Origin: an uncultured Verrucomicrobiae bacterium
GTDB taxonomy: Bacteria > Verrucomicrobiota > Verrucomicrobiia > Chthoniobacterales > JAFAMB01
Length of the DNA stretch: 64,000 nucleotides
Reading direction: 5' to 3'
Assembly (NCBI GenBank): GCA_963762565.1
Contig: CAVXLD010000012.1
Coordinates: forward strand, 384,001-448,000
Shown piece after piece: positions 60,881 through 64,000 of the stretch. The first letter of the stretch is position 1, and each line of letters opens with the position of its first letter. The position numbers and the translations under genes were made by a program. The notes beneath the pieces were generated by a model that saw nothing but the letters and a program-made list of their open reading frames with translations, did no database searches and was not told the origin of the DNA.

Positions 60881-62875
60881 ATGTGTGGAATTGCAGGCTT
60901 TATTGATTTGGCCGGAGGCCGTTCCCTCGGTGACGATGTCATCAAGAGGATGACACGCGCGATCATTCACCGAGGACCAGACGAGGAGGGGTATTTCCAG
61001 CGTCCGGGCCTCGCTCTGGGCTCAAGACGGTTAAGCATCGTCGGTTTGGCGGACGGTCAACAACCGGTGACGAACGAAGACCGGACGGTCCATGTGGTCT
61101 TTAATGGCGAGTTTTTTGACTTCCAGGAGCGGCGTGCTGAGCTGCAAGCCAAAGGGCATCGTTTAGTAACGCATTGCGATACCGAGATCATTCCGCACTT
61201 TTGGGAAGAAGCGCAGGAGAAGATGTTCAAGAGTTTTCAGGGCCAATTCGCCTTCGCGTTGTGGGACGATCGGCGGCGTTGTCTAGTGCTTGGTCGGGAC
61301 CGGTTTGGGATTAGCCCGCTTTATTGGACCAGACAAGGCGATTGGTTGTTCTTTGCTTCTGAAATTAAGGCCTTGCTGGCCTCCGGGATGGTTCCGGCCG
61401 AGCCTGATCTCCGAGGCATCGATCATGTTTTCACTTTCGCTGCTTTGCCCGGCCCAATTACCTGTTTCAAAGGGGTTAAATTATTACCGCCCGGTCATTA
61501 TTTAGTGATTCGGCCGGGAAACCGATCTGGAACGACTTCATCGATCAAAGAGAGTGCCTATTGGAAAATGGACTTCCCCGATCGCGGGGAAGAAGATCGG
61601 GGAGAAAACGCTAAGGCCTTGGTTGACCGGTTCGAGCAGCTCCTGCTGAACGCAGTTGAGGAACGCCTCAGAGCAGACGTACCGGTTGGTTCTTATTTGT
61701 CCGGCGGTGTCGATTCAAGTGTTATCGCGGCTCTCGCTTGTCACGTTAAAGGTCCTGCCATCAACACCTATACAGTCCGGGTCGATGCGCCCCATTTGGA
61801 TGAGCTGGACGCTGCTAACCTTGTAGCCCGCCATATCGGTACCAAACCTCCGATTGTTCAGCAATTCAGGAGCGAAGACGTGTTAAACACCTATCCGGAG
61901 TTGATCCACGCTGCGGAAGCGCCGGTCATCGACACTTCCTGCGCGGCGCTCTTACAACTGGCAGGGCGGGTTCACCGTAATAATCAAAAAGTCGTTCTTA
62001 CCGGCGAAGGAGCCGACGAATGGTTGATCGGTTATCCCTGGTATAAAGCCGCTAAGATTCTCAGTCTTCTCGATGTTATTCCTGGATTGCCACTTAGCGA
62101 CCTATTCCGTAGCGCGTATCTCGGGCTGCACCACGTACCGCAGTATCCCGCGAGCTTTCGACGCGGAGTAGAGGCTTCACTCGGCGGACCCAATGCCTGG
62201 ATCGATACTTATGGTGTCCTCGGACTGGCGAAACTAAGATTTTATGCGCCGCCGATGCGGGAGGTCCTGGCACAACACAATGCTTGGGCCGATCTGCACA
62301 TCCCCTTGGAACGAGCCAAACGATGGCACCCGTTAAACCGGGGGGTTTGGGTGGCGGCACGAGTTACTCTGGCCGGACACCTTTTGCAGGCCAAAGGAGA
62401 TCGGGTGGCGATGAATTCCTCGGTTGAAGTGCGCTACCCGTTTCTTGACGAAGACGTTTTCAACTTTTTGGCTTCGCTGGATCCGCGCTGGAAGCTTCGA
62501 GGTTTTCGCGACAAGCATCTGCTGCGCCTTTTGGCGGAACGTTGGGTGCCGCCTTCCGTGTATCGGCGCCGCAAGGTGATTTTCCGAGCTCCTTTGGACA
62601 GTTTTCAGTTGGAACCTGAACCGCCTTTTGTCAGCCAGTTAGTGAGCGAAGAATCGCTACGACGGACCGGATATTTCGACGTCGAGCAAGTCCATCATTG
62701 GCGACGAGCTTATCGTCAACTGCGCGCCGGGTCTCTAGGACGACTTTCGGTCGAATTGGGCCTGGTGGCAGTAGTCGCGACTCAGCTCTGGCATCATTTG
62801 TTTATTCGGCCTGAGCTCGCCGAGCTGCCCGTTGGAACTGCCAACGGAGTCTCTCTGGAGAAGGCGGCCCTCTAA
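60881..62875 (+). CDS. asnB: Asparagine synthase (glutamine-hydrolysing)-like amidotransferase
   Basis: N-terminal MCGIAG, HRGPD, FNGE, LSGGVDSS, LTGEGADE and VEVRYPFLD. Confidence 0.92.
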   Translation: MCGIAGFIDLAGGRSLGDDVIKRMTRAIIHRGPDEEGYFQRPGLALGSRRLSIVGLADGQQPVTNEDRTVHVVFNGEFFDFQERRAELQAKGHRLVTHCDTEIIPHFWEEAQEKMFKSFQGQFAFALWDDRRRCLVLGRDRFGISPLYWTRQGDWLFFASEIKALLASGMVPAEPDLRGIDHVFTFAALPGPITCFKGVKLLPPGHYLVIRPGNRSGTTSSIKESAYWKMDFPDRGEEDRGENAKALVDRFEQLLLNAVEERLRADVPVGSYLSGGVDSSVIAALACHVKGPAINTYTVRVDAPHLDELDAANLVARHIGTKPPIVQQFRSEDVLNTYPELIHAAEAPVIDTSCAALLQLAGRVHRNNQKVVLTGEGADEWLIGYPWYKAAKILSLLDVIPGLPLSDLFRSAYLGLHHVPQYPASFRRGVEASLGGPNAWIDTYGVLGLAKLRFYAPPMREVLAQHNAWADLHIPLERAKRWHPLNRGVWVAARVTLAGHLLQAKGDRVAMNSSVEVRYPFLDEDVFNFLASLDPRWKLRGFRDKHLLRLLAERWVPPSVYRRRKVIFRAPLDSFQLEPEPPFVSQLVSEESLRRTGYFDVEQVHHWRRAYRQLRAGSLGRLSVELGLVAVVATQLWHHLFIRPELAELPVGTANGVSLEKAAL

Positions 62876-62919
62876 TGTGGCTAATCGCCTGACCTGGGCG
62901 GTTAGCAGGATTTTTTTGA

Positions 62920-64000
62920 ATGGATACAAAAAACCGATGTGCCTCCGCGGCTCAACTCTTCAAAGTCGCCCTCGCGCTTGTTGCCCTTCTCAGCGGGTGC
63001 GCGACCCCATTTAACCATGATGCCAGCGTTACGCGGAATAACGCCTTTATCGATTACTGGCCGGGGCCGAAAGACTCGGAAAATGTCCGTCTAGCGGTTA
63101 AGGACGTTATCGATCTCAAGGGCGTTGTTACTACGGCAGGTTCTGATTATTTCGAAAAGCACGGCCAGCCCGCCTCCCGCGACGCGGCCTGTATGGCGAT
63201 CGCCCGGCAACGAGGCATCAGGATCGTCGGCAAAACCAACCTCGACGAATTTGCCGTCGGGGTGACCGGGATGAATGAATATTTCGGAATCCCGAGAAAC
63301 CGGATCAGCCGATGGCGGGATCTTATTCCGGGTGGCTCATCCTCCGGGTGCGCGGTGGCAGTTCAAAGCGGTATGGCGGATGTTGGCTTTGGCACCGACA
63401 CCGCTGGATCCGTCCGAGTCCCGGCGGCTTGTTGCGGCATTGTGGGTTTAAAAACCACGTTCGGTCTGATCTCGCTACATGGCGTATTTCCCCTTGAACC
63501 TAAGCATATGGACACGGTTGGCCCGATGGGCAAAGACATCGACCACGTGGTCGAGGGCATGGATCTGCTGGAGAACGGCTTCCGTGAACGCTACGAATCT
63601 GCCATCGCAAACATGCCGGCGAGAAGAATTCGGATCGGCCGCTTATACGTGGATGGCACCGATAAAAAAATCGATCAAGCGATCGATTCCGCTCTTAGCC
63701 AGGCAGGATTTGAAGTTATTCCGTTAAGCAAAGCTTTTAAAGACAGATGGGACCAGGCCGAGAAGGACGCGACTACCGTCGCGGAGTCAGGCGCCTGGAT
63801 CAGCGATGGCCCCTATTTTTCGAAACCGGAAGTTGGCGGCAAAGTCAAAGCGGCAATCGCTTTGGGACAGATTGAATTCACGACGAACTATAAAAACGCG
63901 CTTAGCCGAGAAGCGGCTTGGCGGCGCACCCTGGGCCAGCTGTTCACGCGCGTCGATTTCATTGCTTTGCCGACCCTGAAAAAATTGCCCCCCAGGATTC
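62920..64000 (+). CDS. Amidase-signature family lipoprotein (3' end outside window)
   Basis: Manual translation: MDTKNR..LALVALLSGC (lipobox), AVKD, GKTN, GGSSSG and GTDTAGSVRVPA. The frame is open to the edge. Confidence 0.9.
   Translation, partial: MDTKNRCASAAQLFKVALALVALLSGCATPFNHDASVTRNNAFIDYWPGPKDSENVRLAVKDVIDLKGVVTTAGSDYFEKHGQPASRDAACMAIARQRGIRIVGKTNLDEFAVGVTGMNEYFGIPRNRISRWRDLIPGGSSSGCAVAVQSGMADVGFGTDTAGSVRVPAACCGIVGLKTTFGLISLHGVFPLEPKHMDTVGPMGKDIDHVVEGMDLLENGFRERYESAIANMPARRIRIGRLYVDGTDKKIDQAIDSALSQAGFEVIPLSKAFKDRWDQAEKDATTVAESGAWISDGPYFSKPEVGGKVKAAIALGQIEFTTNYKNALSREAAWRRTLGQLFTRVDFIALPTLKKLPPRI

Noticed and set aside
60881..62875. AsnB-like gene as a lasso peptide cyclase
   Set aside because: It has an intact N-terminal Cys glutaminase domain, and I saw no precursor, B-protein peptidase or RRE nearby.

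Overview
This is a 64-kb bacterial chromosomal window of roughly 55-58% GC by eye. Gene content and repeat style suggest a soil Verrucomicrobiota/Chthoniobacterales-like organism, but that is my inference, not a database result. About 48 CDSs are supported. The two main modules are (1) a complete form I aerobic Mo-Cu CO dehydrogenase cluster (coxMSL with the AYRCSFR motif, coxG, coxD, coxE, two XdhC/CoxF-type genes, one YHS-fused, and a MocA-like transferase) next to a divergent EF-G paralog, and (2) at the right end a probably uncharacterised lipid/polyketide system. The second module comprises a single-module highly reducing PKS (KS-AT-DH-cMT-ER-KR-ACP, no TE), a stand-alone condensation domain, a desaturase, a MacB/LolCDE-type ABC exporter, a LolA-like protein and, divergently, an AsnB-type amidotransferase and a lipoprotein amidase; it may continue past the window. 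Nearly every intergenic gap is filled by at least 10 families of palindromic or short-tandem repeats, often nested. A ~30-nt hairpin micro-element sits inside other repeats, and repeats appear inserted in frame into the signal peptides of a carboxylesterase and a class A beta-lactamase. Four genes (tilS, a DoxX gene, coxE, an AraC gene) show frame breaks that may be consensus errors. I saw no rRNA, tRNA, CRISPR array or transposase. All calls come from reading motifs by eye.
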